From a virus, in UHGV virus genome UHGV-0109738: a stretch of DNA of 64,000 nucleotides. One strand, given 5' to 3'. This document shows, one piece after another, positions 17,542 to 27,855 of the stretch. The stretch's first letter is position 1, and each line of letters starts with the position of its first letter. The notes beneath the pieces were generated by a model that saw only the letters and a program-made list of their open reading frames with translations, ran no database searches and was not told where the DNA came from. Made by a program: the position numbers and the translations under genes.

Positions 17542-19337
17542 TCCACAACCTCCCCAAGCTGCGCATCTGTTAGCTCTTTATGCCAGAGACGAAAATTCCT
17601 CACATGCCCAAATAAATGGCGTAATCCTGCTGTAGTTTGTCCACCAATGCGAATGGTTGCTGTACTCCGGATATATTCCCATTTGGTTTTAGTTTCGCTG
17701 CTTAACTTACCGTTACTGACTACACATGTGGACCGTTCGGACTTTACCCGCATACCAATAAGCATTTTTTCCAGCCCGGCATTTTCATTTATTCGTCGGT
17801 CTGAACCACCTATATCACAATACGGAAAACCGTCGTACCCACCTGATGAACCAAACCCCATTACGATCCCCGCATCTGCCTGATGCCGGTATGTGTCAAA
17901 AACACGCGGCGCTGCATTTGGCGTTTTATACCAGTTCTTATGTACCTCACAAAGAACCGTAAAAGGAAGATTATAAAGATTATTCTTAATCGGAACTGTA
18001 ACCATATCGCTTGCCCGCGTTACCGGTGCCGTCCCCGTAACAATAAAAGATGATGCGCCTGTACCAGCCTCAATCTGTGGAGTGGTTACATCGAGATAAT
18101 CCCCTGATGCAACCATCTGCCCTGTATCCGGAGAATACTGGACAAAACCACCAACCGTATTTTCTGTTGTATCTGCTTTTAATGTAGCCTCAAAAAATAT
18201 CCAGCCAGTTGCATCATCCTTAACAGACCTTGCTGTAACACGGCTTGTCTGACCTGTCTTGCTAATTATGCGGGTGGTAAGGTTCAGGTTTGCTGCTCCT
18301 ATTGATGTCCTTACCTCCCCATCATAATGTTCAAATAAAATACGAACGGCGATATTATCAACTTCACTTTTTACCCGACAGGATATAGTTACATGCTTTT
18401 CGTCCCCTGAAGTATCAACCCCTCCGGCACTCGAATACAGTCCGGTAATGGTATGCGCTTTACTTGTACCAACAATCGAATCCTGTACGACAAACCGGCC
18501 ATAATTAAACCCAAAACTATCTGTGCCTGTTTCTGTAACGTCCAGTGAAGTTGACTTATTCCACTTCGAAGGGTCTGTACTGTTTATTAACAGGTTTGTG
18601 CGCGTCCCCTCAATCAGTAATCCTTCGCGTTCAAAACGTGGCTCATTAATACCAGCCACAGTTAAAACACCTGATTTGTTAATGTAAGTAGCAGTGCTTG
18701 CGCGTGAGAAAGAAACAACTTTATCTGATGATATTGTTTTTTCTTCCCCATTAATGGTTACTTTTTTAGTACCAGGGCCGTAGCCCGTGATCATATCGAG
18801 AGAATCGTTAAACGGTATCCATACGTCCGGCAGCGGTTGCAAAACATACGCGTAAGGCTGTGCGGTCTGATTGGCGTATTCGTGGGCTTCGTCTCTGTAT
18901 GTCTTAGCTGAATCGGCTGCGCTTGTCGCTGTTGTTGCAGCGTTGGTTGCAGTGGTAGCTGATTGTGATGCTAATTTTGAGGCTGAAATCACATCTTTGT
19001 TGTCGCTAAAAAATTCAACTGCGTCCGCTATTTCTGATTCTTTGCCCTGATAGTAACGCAGTGTTTCGGCGACATCCTGAGCAAGACCATCCACAGAGAT
19101 CGAATCTGAAAGCAGGATGCTAAATTTAGTTCCAGCCGGAATAGCCGGACTTGCCGCAGGAGTTACCGACAAACTTGTTGCGCTTTTTACCTTTGTGATT
19201 GAAAAAATCTGCACCGGATCGCTAATGGCAATAAGAGTGCAACCCACTCTGATCAGAGATAATGCGGCGTTGAATTCAGTCCCTGCCCCGGTAACTGTGT
19301 TTCCGCTAACAGCTATAGTGCCTGTTGTGTAAATCAT
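17538..19337 (-). CDS. Side tail fibre / receptor-binding protein
   Basis: 599 aa; conserved fibre-type N-terminus (MIYTTGTIAVSGNTVTGAGTEFN), Ala/Thr/Ser-rich shaft, distinct C-terminal domain; immediately downstream of the J-like gene. Confidence 0.7.
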   Translation of the reverse strand: MIYTTGTIAVSGNTVTGAGTEFNAALSLIRVGCTLIAISDPVQIFSITKVKSATSLSVTPAASPAIPAGTKFSILLSDSISVDGLAQDVAETLRYYQGKESEIADAVEFFSDNKDVISASKLASQSATTATNAATTATSAADSAKTYRDEAHEYANQTAQPYAYVLQPLPDVWIPFNDSLDMITGYGPGTKKVTINGEEKTISSDKVVSFSRASTATYINKSGVLTVAGINEPRFEREGLLIEGTRTNLLINSTDPSKWNKSTSLDVTETGTDSFGFNYGRFVVQDSIVGTSKAHTITGLYSSAGGVDTSGDEKHVTISCRVKSEVDNIAVRILFEHYDGEVRTSIGAANLNLTTRIISKTGQTSRVTARSVKDDATGWIFFEATLKADTTENTVGGFVQYSPDTGQMVASGDYLDVTTPQIEAGTGASSFIVTGTAPVTRASDMVTVPIKNNLYNLPFTVLCEVHKNWYKTPNAAPRVFDTYRHQADAGIVMGFGSSGGYDGFPYCDIGGSDRRINENAGLEKMLIGMRVKSERSTCVVSNGKLSSETKTKWEYIRSTATIRIGGQTTAGLRHLFGHVRNFRLWHKELTDAQLGEVVE

Positions 19338-19534
19338 CGCAATAACTCCGTTTTGTTAATTAACTAAACAATTCTACCATTTTGTGATCTGTGTTACACT
19401 TTGGGCTTATACATAATGTATTTTTTGATCTATATCAACATACGAAATGATAGCTTCTGCGGTGATTTGCTCATCGGATGGGTGGATCATCACGAACAAC
19501 AAATGACAGTAAAACAAACAGTAAGGTGAATACA

Positions 19535-19780
19535 ATGAAAAAACTAATTGTTGCTTGCATCTTATCAGCTCTGTCTTTTGGTGCTTTTGCTTCTGTAAAT
19601 TCGACAGATAAGAGTGATGCTGGCACTGCTCAATATGGTGATACTGGCCTTGATAACCAACGTTCGAGTTATTTCAATACTGACTCATGGAAAGAAAAAC
19701 AACTACAAGGTAAAATTATTGACAGTGAATGTAATTTACCTATCCATTTTTCTGGTGTAAATGATGGGTGTAAAAAATAA
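19535..19780 (+). CDS. Small secreted protein (moron)
   Basis: ATG with AAGGTG RBS; signal peptide MKKLIVACILSALSFGAFA; opposite strand to the tail genes; followed by a terminator. Confidence 0.5.
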   Translation: MKKLIVACILSALSFGAFASVNSTDKSDAGTAQYGDTGLDNQRSSYFNTDSWKEKQLQGKIIDSECNLPIHFSGVNDGCKK

Positions 19781-19792
19781 AAACAATGCATA

Positions 19793-19820
19793 AAAAAACG
19801 GGGCTTATGCCCCGTTTTTT
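19793..19820. terminator. Bidirectional rho-independent terminator
   Basis: aaaaaa-cggggc-ttat-gccccg-tttttt: A-run and T-run flank a perfect GC stem. Confidence 0.65.
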
Positions 19821-22800
19821 ATGCTGTCGTTGATGTTCTAAATGATCCGGTGCCTCTTGCTACTATCATTGTTGGAGAATACAACGCGGTACAATATGCG
19901 TATCCTTCAGATGATGATGTTTGAGGACAATATATTTTCCCGATAATATCTGATGCTTTTAAACCAGAAAAAGCGCATTGCACTGTTAATGTGCATCCAC
20001 CATAAGGCACGTAATATGAAATTGTTTTGTTTTTATCTCCGCAACTAAACGTTACGTTATAAGTGGATCTATATTCACCAGACATTAATGAAATAGTCGC
20101 CATAAGCATAACTGATTTCGTCAATGCATTATCCGTGCTGTCTTTATATGTGATGGTTGCGCTATAACTTCCGTTATGCCCAAGCACTCGATCTGGACCA
20201 ACCCCCATGTTAGCAACGTCACCGACAAATGACTTTGCCTCTACTGTACCTTTAAACTTCCCGCTTGTGGCCTGAATCTCACCAGTGAATTTACCAGATG
20301 TTGCGTACACCGTACCGCGTACAGTGACGTTGTTGAACTCCGCATTGCCGTTTTTATTTAGCATCCAGCCAGCCGAACCAGCTTTATAGTTGGTTGACTG
20401 AATTTGCTGCGCAATCTTCGCGGTAGTGATTGATGCGTCTCTGATCCACGCATCACGGATGTAGCAAGCACCGTTAGTAACATAGAACGGGGTCTGATAG
20501 GAGCCACCTGCCGCAGTCATAAGCACGAAACGGTCAACGAGGAAAATACACTGCGATTGAACGTTAGTCCCGCTACCAGTAAGGCCGAGCGACATTCCTG
20601 TAGCGTATTTCATACCGTTTTTATCAGTGGCAATCTTAATTGAATATGACGCATCAACGTTACCTTTGAAGTCAGTCAGTGCTTTTGATGTCGTTTCTAT
20701 CGCCGTTGTGTTTCCGTTAATAGTTACTTTCAACTGGTCGATTCTGGTTGACAATGCCTCGTCTGCCGTTGCCATAGCCTGTGACCATTCCGTGATGCTT
20801 GAGTTTACATCGTCGAAAGATGCCGAGATCTGGCCAAATTTTTCCGCGCTTGATGTTTCATGCGTAGAAAGTGCAGTTGACACTTCGGATACTTTCGAAT
20901 TAATCGTACTGGTAAGCGATGAGTTAAGGCTGCTGATTGCGTCAGTGCGTGCATTCTTCTCATCTGCGATCGCTTTATCCATCCTGGTTACGTTGCTTGT
21001 CACCTTGCTATCGAGCGTGGAAATTGACGCATTAACCCCGCTAATAGCTTCTGCGCGTGCGCTCGCCTCATCTGCGATTGCTTTATCAAGACGGGAAACG
21101 CTCGCGTCGGTCTTGCTTTCAAGACTACTGACGCTGGCGTTAACGTTGCTAATAGCTTCTGCGCGTGCGCTCGCCTCATCTGCGATTGCTGTGTCTACCC
21201 TTGCTATTTCCGCTTTTGTTTTTCTTTGTCCTTTCCTGTATTTCGCCTCAATAACAGTGCTCATCTTGCTTTGCGCCATTGAGTTATTAATAAGCGCCAG
21301 AGATGCGTTTTGCAGACCTGCTTTCGCCTGAACTATCTCGTCGCTGTTTTTATCAACCTCACTTTTAACGCTGCCAAGCGACGCGCTGATACCTGATATC
21401 GCCTGAGCGCGTGTGCTTGATTCGTCAGCGATAGCTTGATCAAGACGGCTAACACTGGCATTTGTGTTATTTTCAAGCGTTGTTAAATCAGCTTTAACCA
21501 CTGTTATTGCGTCGCTTCTTGCCTGCGTTTCATCTGATATTGCCTTATCGAGGCGCTTAACACTGGCGTCAGTTTTCTTGTCAAGCGTTGAGATACTTGC
21601 GTTCACGTCGCTGATAGCCTGAGTACGCGCACTTGTTTCGTCTGCAATTGCCCGATCAAGACGGTTTACGCTGGCGTCAGTTTTCTTGTCAAGATTGCTT
21701 ATTGAGGCATTTACACCGTTAATAGCTTCAGCGCGAGCGCTGGCCTCGTCAGCTACTGCGCGTTGCACATTAGAGATCTGACCTTTAAGGTTTGTGTCCA
21801 TCACATTCATTTCTGCCGTGATGGTTTCCAGTGATTCCGCTGTCGCTTTTTTCTCTTCAGCGATAACGTTGTCAATGCGGTCAATTTCCGCTTTCGTCTC
21901 TGTCCTGCCTTTCTTGTACTGAGCGGTAAGAGTTACGCGAGTGTTAGTCTGTGCAAGCGAGTTATTAATAAGAGCAAGTGAGGCGTTTTGCAGACTTGCT
22001 TTTGCTTGCGCTAGTTCGCTGCCAACTTTTTCGCTAGACACCTCTAGCGAGTCGATTCTCGACTCATGCTGTCCAATATCATCGGCGTTTTCCTTAACCT
22101 TTTTATAAAGATCTTCCGTTTCTTTTTTAAGTGTGTCCGTGTCAGCTTTTATTGATCCCGTTTCTATGGTTAGGTTGTCAGTTTCAGTCCTTAAATCGTC
22201 AGTTATATTGGTCAGATTATCAGTTGCAGTTTTGAGGTTGTCAGTAGCAGTTTTAAGGTCATTCGTAGCGCTTTCGATAAGATCAGTGCGGTCGCCTAGA
22301 TCTTTAATGTCACCAACCATTTCTTTAAATTGTTTGGAATTCATTACGTCTTTGGTGACGTAATCGGTAATTTCGTCAAAGTTTTCTGTTGGCTTACCTG
22401 ACGCTTCCACAAAGTCAGACACACCAAAAGCGTTACGCGTGCGCACATAAACGTAATATATGTGACCTGTATTCATGCCGCCAAACGTCCACTGATGACC
22501 ACGCCCCGTATATTGTGCTTTAGTGGTTACTGATGCCGGGTCGGTGATCTGTGTTTCACCTGAGTAATAAAACTCGTAACTGGTATCAGTGGTAAGCGTT
22601 GTTCTGCTGATCGGATACACTGTTGCCTGGAATACACCAGGAACCCAATTAACGCCAATCGGGGCTGCTGGTGCACCAATAACCAGATCAACTATACTCT
22701 CAGCGCCCTTCATGCCAGTATCATTACGACCGCGAATGCCTAATGAGTAGGTTCCTGAATCAATGCCATAAAAATCATAACTGTAATTCGTAGTTTCGTA

Positions 22801-24789
22801 GCTTTTAACCACAGCGCCGTCGGCGTTATACACGCGAATCTCAAAGGTCAGGCGACGCGTTGTCGTCTGTGTTTCCCATGTTGCGCGACATTGAACCGTT
22901 TCAGATCCAACGTTTAACACCTTCAGATTTTCAATGTTCGGCACGCGGAAGTGATTAAGCGTGTCGTTATTGATCTCGAAGATTGCGCCATTATCGACTA
23001 CGGCCTGCTTATGTGGATCATGCTGTGCGGCCTCGATGGTGTATACGCTGTTATTTTCTGTTTCTGCTACGCTGGTGATTCGACATAAAACGGGTTTTGC
23101 TGCGTTGGTTGATACAGCAAAAACAGTACCGTTACGAATCCATGCCGGGGCGGATGCAAGGGTAATTTTGTTTCCGCTAACTCCAGTGATCTGGTGTTTT
23201 TTAAACTTGCCATCGCTATCAAGCAGGCTGATCGTATCTCCAGCGGAGATATATTTGGCATCAACCTTGTCTACAGTTATTACTTTGCCATTGTTCGCAA
23301 CGATGCGACCGCCTAAGCGAGCGCCTGCGCGGTTATTGTCCAGGATTTCGATAATATCACCTGGCGTAAAGTGAATCGCGTCACGGGCCATTTTAAACGT
23401 GAATTTTGACGGCTCGCGTTTTGCTGTTTCTATCAGCCATTTGCCAGCGCGGTACGCTTGCCCGCGTGACGTGCAACCGAAAGCCTCTAGCGTGGTTTCG
23501 TTATAACCATCGCGGGCGATCAGTTCATCGTCTGCCACGTATTCTTTTGATTGCTCCCAGCCGTTTTCCGGGTCAGTCCATGACACAATCACGGCGTTGT
23601 AAGATTCTGCGCGGGCAATACTTGAACGAGTAAACGCGCCATCAACTACGTTTGCATTTGTAATGGTGGCGATTGGATCTTGTGGCGCATCAATCATCAC
23701 GGTAAGGCGCTGCCCGTCCCATAATGCAATACCACGGAACATGCCTGCAATATTATCCAGTAAGTCGCGTGCGCTAATTTGTTCCGTGATGTAAGCATTA
23801 AGCGTCATGCGAGGTTCAAAGCCGCCGTAACCATCGCTAACCAACTGATCGCAGTATTGGGAAAGCGTATATAATGCGCCATCGTCAACATCAATGTAAC
23901 CAGCGTGGCGAGCAAGTCCGAAACGTTCATTTTTAACCAGATACCGGAAAAGCCATGCAGGGTTATTGGTGTACGCTTTTTTAAATCCACCAAGCCATAA
24001 ACCGGAATACGTGCGCGTTTCAGGGTTATAGTTGTCCGGCACATCAACAATCAGTCCGCGCAGATGATAAGTGCGGGCAGGAGTATCAGTATACTGGTCA
24101 TGGTCAATTACCGCGCCAGCTACAGCGGTATGAGGGTAAGACAGGTTATCGTCGATTATCTCGCTGTAACTGCTCCACCGCGTATCATTACGAAGAAGAT
24201 CGCTTTTGCTGTCTGGCGTTACGCGACGAACGCGAATATCAAACGGCTTTTCATCCGGTGCGTTGATAACGTGAGCTTCCAGGTATTCACCACTCTGTTT
24301 ACCAGGCCCGATCGTAATGTCTTTAACCAGCGACCACGTCGATGATGATGATGGCTTAACATCAACCATTAACATGACTGACGTGTTATATTGATTGCCC
24401 TTATCATCTGACTGAACTAGAGCATCAACGCCAACATTCAATCTAACGCGGGTGACGTTTGGGTCTGAAACGGTCCTGATTATTGGCGTATCGTGAGTTA
24501 CCTTCGCATTGACAATAACAGTTGATTCAATGGCGTTAAAACCGTTAATCGGTGATTGGTCAGCTGTGCCATTGCGCCACGCTATACTTACCCCAGGGAT
24601 TGACGTATTTCCGTTGGCGTCAGTAACAGGCGTGTCATTAAGCATCACATCATTTAATGGCGCTTTCTGGTTTACCGGGCCGTATATCGGCCCCTCGCTG
24701 AGAATGTCTAAAACACGATAAAACTGTTTATGATACAGGTTATCGTTCAATAAATGTGGTGTTTTGGCTTTGCCGCCGCCGCTACTCAT
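19819..24789 (-). CDS. Host specificity protein J-like central tail fibre, extended (1656 aa)
   Basis: N-terminal ~900 aa have gpJ-like organisation; followed by tandem coiled-coil repeats (D.SV.RLDKAIADE.SAR..AIS.VNASIS.LD) and a C-terminal receptor-binding region. Confidence 0.85.
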   Translation of the reverse strand: MSSGGGKAKTPHLLNDNLYHKQFYRVLDILSEGPIYGPVNQKAPLNDVMLNDTPVTDANGNTSIPGVSIAWRNGTADQSPINGFNAIESTVIVNAKVTHDTPIIRTVSDPNVTRVRLNVGVDALVQSDDKGNQYNTSVMLMVDVKPSSSSTWSLVKDITIGPGKQSGEYLEAHVINAPDEKPFDIRVRRVTPDSKSDLLRNDTRWSSYSEIIDDNLSYPHTAVAGAVIDHDQYTDTPARTYHLRGLIVDVPDNYNPETRTYSGLWLGGFKKAYTNNPAWLFRYLVKNERFGLARHAGYIDVDDGALYTLSQYCDQLVSDGYGGFEPRMTLNAYITEQISARDLLDNIAGMFRGIALWDGQRLTVMIDAPQDPIATITNANVVDGAFTRSSIARAESYNAVIVSWTDPENGWEQSKEYVADDELIARDGYNETTLEAFGCTSRGQAYRAGKWLIETAKREPSKFTFKMARDAIHFTPGDIIEILDNNRAGARLGGRIVANNGKVITVDKVDAKYISAGDTISLLDSDGKFKKHQITGVSGNKITLASAPAWIRNGTVFAVSTNAAKPVLCRITSVAETENNSVYTIEAAQHDPHKQAVVDNGAIFEINNDTLNHFRVPNIENLKVLNVGSETVQCRATWETQTTTRRLTFEIRVYNADGAVVKSYETTNYSYDFYGIDSGTYSLGIRGRNDTGMKGAESIVDLVIGAPAAPIGVNWVPGVFQATVYPISRTTLTTDTSYEFYYSGETQITDPASVTTKAQYTGRGHQWTFGGMNTGHIYYVYVRTRNAFGVSDFVEASGKPTENFDEITDYVTKDVMNSKQFKEMVGDIKDLGDRTDLIESATNDLKTATDNLKTATDNLTNITDDLRTETDNLTIETGSIKADTDTLKKETEDLYKKVKENADDIGQHESRIDSLEVSSEKVGSELAQAKASLQNASLALINNSLAQTNTRVTLTAQYKKGRTETKAEIDRIDNVIAEEKKATAESLETITAEMNVMDTNLKGQISNVQRAVADEASARAEAINGVNASISNLDKKTDASVNRLDRAIADETSARTQAISDVNASISTLDKKTDASVKRLDKAISDETQARSDAITVVKADLTTLENNTNASVSRLDQAIADESSTRAQAISGISASLGSVKSEVDKNSDEIVQAKAGLQNASLALINNSMAQSKMSTVIEAKYRKGQRKTKAEIARVDTAIADEASARAEAISNVNASVSSLESKTDASVSRLDKAIADEASARAEAISGVNASISTLDSKVTSNVTRMDKAIADEKNARTDAISSLNSSLTSTINSKVSEVSTALSTHETSSAEKFGQISASFDDVNSSITEWSQAMATADEALSTRIDQLKVTINGNTTAIETTSKALTDFKGNVDASYSIKIATDKNGMKYATGMSLGLTGSGTNVQSQCIFLVDRFVLMTAAGGSYQTPFYVTNGACYIRDAWIRDASITTAKIAQQIQSTNYKAGSAGWMLNKNGNAEFNNVTVRGTVYATSGKFTGEIQATSGKFKGTVEAKSFVGDVANMGVGPDRVLGHNGSYSATITYKDSTDNALTKSVMLMATISLMSGEYRSTYNVTFSCGDKNKTISYYVPYGGCTLTVQCAFSGLKASDIIGKIYCPQTSSSEGYAYCTALYSPTMIVARGTGSFRTSTTA
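20930..21780. repeat. Tandem ~99-bp coding repeats inside the J-like gene
   Basis: Near-identical blocks such as gcttctgcgcgtgcgctcgcctcatctgcgattgc recur at ~99-bp spacing (e.g. around 21057 and 21156), with diverged copies up to ~21780. Confidence 0.6.
22140..22300. repeat. Short-period coding repeats inside the J-like gene
   Basis: Repeating ~21-bp units (gttgtcagt..cagtt..) encoding TDNLKTATDNLKTATDNLTNITDDLRTETDNLT. Confidence 0.5.
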
Positions 24790-24802
24790 GGTTTTTCTCC
24801 TG

Positions 24803-25333
24803 TTAACTTACAACGTCTAATGCATCTCTGTTGTTGCTTGTGTCTATGCCTAACGATCCGACGTTTGAACCTATTTTCATTTCACCCAACAGGATTGGCA
24901 CTGGTCTACCCTGGCCTACCTTGTTTTCAACGCTGGTGTAGGTGTTGTTCGTTATGGTGTTATCTTGTGCGCTTTCTGCTGACGTCTTTATCTTCAGGTT
25001 GCGAGACATAAAGATCGAGAACGCAACGCTAACCACTGAAACACCAATCAAGATCCAACCCACAACACCAATCCCCGCAATACCACCTTCAACTACTGGA
25101 GCAATAATGATGGTTGTTCCGTCAGGGTATTTACTGTTAACCGCTGCTGGCGCGGTCTTTTCGTCATAATCTTTTCCGGCAATTCGTAAGCGCAAAGGTG
25201 TATTTAAAAAAGCCTTCTTGAACTCCTGATCCTGCGCGGTCAATAGGCTAAGTCCTTGCGCTGGCGTATCAACGTTTAAACACACTTTGCCGTAATATCT
25301 TCGAAGATTGCCCGTAAATCTAAATTTGAGCAT
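24803..25333 (-). CDS. Tail assembly protein I
   Basis: 176 aa; C-terminal GQGRPVPILLGEMKIGSN motif and hydrophobic segment typical of lambda gpI. Confidence 0.75.
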   Translation of the reverse strand: MLKFRFTGNLRRYYGKVCLNVDTPAQGLSLLTAQDQEFKKAFLNTPLRLRIAGKDYDEKTAPAAVNSKYPDGTTIIIAPVVEGGIAGIGVVGWILIGVSVVSVAFSIFMSRNLKIKTSAESAQDNTITNNTYTSVENKVGQGRPVPILLGEMKIGSNVGSLGIDTSNNRDALDVVS

Positions 25334-26007
25334 TTGTCAGATCTCCATATTGAATGCGTTTGTCGAACATACGCGGGCCGCATTTGCTCGCGGCGGCTTA
25401 GCAGTCCGGCATTGTCATGATGCAAAACAGTGTTATCGCCCAGGAAAATCATCGCGTGGCATGGGTCAGCACCTTTAAACGGCTGGCGGATAATCACGTC
25501 ACCAGGCTGAATGCTTTGCGCATCAACCATGAAAAACCCGTTCAATGGCAGGTTTTTTATGTACAGGTTTTCCCCACGCAGCCACCACCCATCGTGGCGC
25601 TCAAAGTCAGGTAGATCCACGCCGCAAAGGTGATAGGCGTCACGGAAAAGCGAGTAGCAGTCTGTTTTCCCGTGCTCAAATTTACGGCCTAACAGGTGCG
25701 CTACCGGGAGAAACTTTCTCACCCTGCCACCTGAACATAAAAACCACGGCAGGCCGGAAATAACATGCTGTTGTCGATCCCGTGCCGACAATACCAGGGT
25801 ATCATCGGTGTGGGAGTGGAAAACTGCTGTTATAACGCCTAATTCGTCAGCTTTGATATAATCGTCAGGCGAGATTTTAAAGCTGTTGTGCGGCGTTTCA
25901 GACACGTTTAAGCACGGGTAAAAATAATCGTTATCTATCACCAGGCCGCAAACTTCCTCACGCGGGTGTGCTGCTGCATAGCGAATCATTTTATCTTCAA
26001 GCGCCAT
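25276..26007 (-). CDS. Tail tip protein K (MPN/JAB plus NlpC/P60 domains)
   Basis: Start at MALEDK (3 nt after the gpL stop). HSH motif (AVFHSHTDD) and Cys/His NlpC/P60-like residues. Confidence 0.75.
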   Translation of the reverse strand: MALEDKMIRYAAAHPREEVCGLVIDNDYFYPCLNVSETPHNSFKISPDDYIKADELGVITAVFHSHTDDTLVLSARDRQQHVISGLPWFLCSGGRVRKFLPVAHLLGRKFEHGKTDCYSLFRDAYHLCGVDLPDFERHDGWWLRGENLYIKNLPLNGFFMVDAQSIQPGDVIIRQPFKGADPCHAMIFLGDNTVLHHDNAGLLSRREQMRPAYVRQTHSIWRSDKCSNLDLRAIFEDITAKCV

Positions 26008-26009
26008 AA

Positions 26010-26714
26010 TCAACCCACCTTGCTTGATCCTGGGAAACATGAAATTGGTAACGGATTCGGGCGCGGAAAACGCAAACGGCAACCGCTTAGGCGGTGGCTG
26101 CATTTATCCAGCTTTGGATCGCTTGTCGATTCGTCTTTGTCAGTAGCTACAGGGCCGCCACTATATCCGCAACCGTCGCCGCGATATTGCCACTGGCAAA
26201 CGTCAGCGAGGATTGTGCGCCCAGGGATAACCGCTTTATCAGCATCAATTGGCGTTGACAGTTCATATTGCACCTGGTCCGCTGTTTCTTCGCTCATCGC
26301 TTCAACGACGTAAAAAGACACAGCCTCAATAGATGGATCTGCATCTGGATTGCCGTTGGGGAAGTTAACGGCGTCCAGGTATTTTACTTCCACCTGGCGG
26401 CGAGTAACCTTCATTCCTCGCAGGTCGTTGAAATCGTTATTCATCCCGGTGATTAGCCCGCCAATGTTGGCTACTACCATTTGGGGGCGTGAGTAAACGC
26501 CTTCGTTTTTCATTTCGAAGCCAGTTGCCTCGATCGGGTAGCTGTTGTAAGCCAAGCCCTTCCAGATAACCTGGCCGTAATAGCCATTCGCGCCGGAATG
26601 GAAGCGGATAACCTCGCCACCCAGGGGCGTAAGGTCCAGCTCAAATAAGTCAATGACCGCGCCGACTCCGGCATCGACGGAATCAATAATCATCTCTCTC
26701 GGAATATTGCGCAT
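26010..26714 (-). CDS. Minor tail protein L
   Basis: 234 aa with C-terminal cysteine cluster (CQWQYRGDGCGYSGG..CSHRLSGC) as in lambda gpL. Confidence 0.8.
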   Translation of the reverse strand: MRNIPREMIIDSVDAGVGAVIDLFELDLTPLGGEVIRFHSGANGYYGQVIWKGLAYNSYPIEATGFEMKNEGVYSRPQMVVANIGGLITGMNNDFNDLRGMKVTRRQVEVKYLDAVNFPNGNPDADPSIEAVSFYVVEAMSEETADQVQYELSTPIDADKAVIPGRTILADVCQWQYRGDGCGYSGGPVATDKDESTSDPKLDKCSHRLSGCRLRFPRPNPLPISCFPGSSKVG

Positions 26715-26805
26715 TTTCTCACCTTGTCATTTTGTGATCTGCGTCACGCTAAATCATACCAAAATGGATTGATCGAGGTTTTTACAATATGTATATTTTA
26801 CTCAA

Positions 26806-27012
26806 ATGAAGGGGAAGTTAACAAAATGGCACAAAGGGCGCGGGATGAACGATAAACTATGGAGACTGACCTTATTTGTGAGTAATGGGCGTGATATCGA
26901 GGCTGAATTCGATAACCCTAGCGACGCCTTAGAAACGTCCATTTACCTATCAGAAAAAGATGATCGCGTCCTGGGCTACCGGATTAAACCGATTAAAAGC
27001 GGGGATCAGTAA
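26806..27012 (+). CDS. Hypothetical protein (moron cassette)
   Basis: Small plus-strand ORF (likely starts at ATG 26845) between minus-strand tail genes L and M. Confidence 0.3.
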   Translation: MKGKLTKWHKGRGMNDKLWRLTLFVSNGRDIEAEFDNPSDALETSIYLSEKDDRVLGYRIKPIKSGDQ

Positions 27013-27013
27013 A

Positions 27014-27364
27014 ATGCAAAAATACCGTCTAGATGTATGGATGGCAGGCAGTAAAGATTGGGAAGGTTACGGATTATATGACAGTTACGAAATGGCAGTC
27101 GAGGAAGGAGAAAAACTTGTTCGCTTCTTCGGGCGCGCCAGGGAATTCAAAATAACTCAGGTACAAATAGATGAGAAGGTGGAAGATATGAACCCGAAAG
27201 ATATTAACTTTAACGTCAATGTTAATTTTGCTGACTCTATGGATCAGTCTTGCCCTGGTGAAATACACGCAAAGGGTTTCCCGGCTGATGATCCTGATGC
27301 AAAACGCGAATACGAAAAAGCGGCAAAAGATTTCTGTATCGACAATTTAAGTTGCTTTGATTAA
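27014..27364 (+). CDS. Hypothetical protein (moron cassette)
   Basis: Start at MQKYRL, 2 nt after the previous stop. Confidence 0.35.
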   Translation: MQKYRLDVWMAGSKDWEGYGLYDSYEMAVEEGEKLVRFFGRAREFKITQVQIDEKVEDMNPKDINFNVNVNFADSMDQSCPGEIHAKGFPADDPDAKREYEKAAKDFCIDNLSCFD

Positions 27365-27369
27365 AAATT

Positions 27370-27855
27370 ATGAAATGGTACAACATCTTTACTTATAATG
27401 AAGGGAAATTATTCTGGAAGATACCAACAAGCGGTAGAATTACCAACGGCAAGGAAGCCGGAAGTTTGCACAACGGGTATATTGTTATCTGTGTGCAAAA
27501 TAAAAAGTATAAGGCACACAACATAATTTGGGAAATGCACAACGGCCCGATCCCAGAAGGGTATGTGATTGACCATATAAACCATATAAGGAGTGATAAC
27601 AGAATATAAAATCTAAGAATGATAACAAAACAAGAAAACATGAAAAATATGCCGTTATCCAGAAGGAATAAGAGCGGGTGCATTGGCGTATGGTGGAATG
27701 AAGCGAATAAAAAATGGATTGTAAGAGTGATGATTAGTGGGGTGTATCGGCATATAGGGTGTTTTAATAGCTACCTTGATGCGTGTAACGCCTCAAAAGA
27801 AGCGCACGAAATCGGAGGGTACTATAAAGAACATGGCGCGGCGCAATCACAGTGA
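27370..27855 (+). pseudogene. HNH-AP2 homing-endonuclease-like gene interrupted by in-frame TAA
   Basis: 27370-27609 and 27619-27855 are in the same frame, separated by TAA at 27610-27612 exactly where the HNH motif DNR-E-NLR expects Glu (reads DNRI*NLR). Downstream half has an AP2-type motif (GCIGVWWNEANKKWIVRV..HIGCFNSYLDACNA). Confidence 0.6.

Noticed and set aside
16954-17883. 309-aa plus-strand ORF
   Set aside because: Runs antisense across the 3' end of the tail fibre gene and two small minus-strand genes; His/Arg/Pro-rich low-complexity translation with no RBS. Best explained as an antisense artefact.
20627-21331. 234-aa plus-strand ORF inside the J-like gene
   Set aside because: Antisense to the tandem-repeat region of J; its Ala/Ser/Leu-rich translation is what the reverse strand of a coiled-coil repeat produces.
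20930-21780. Possible CRISPR array (regular repeats)
   Set aside because: Repeats are ~99 bp, contiguous without unique spacers, and lie in-frame within a large coding sequence; they are protein-coding tandem repeats.
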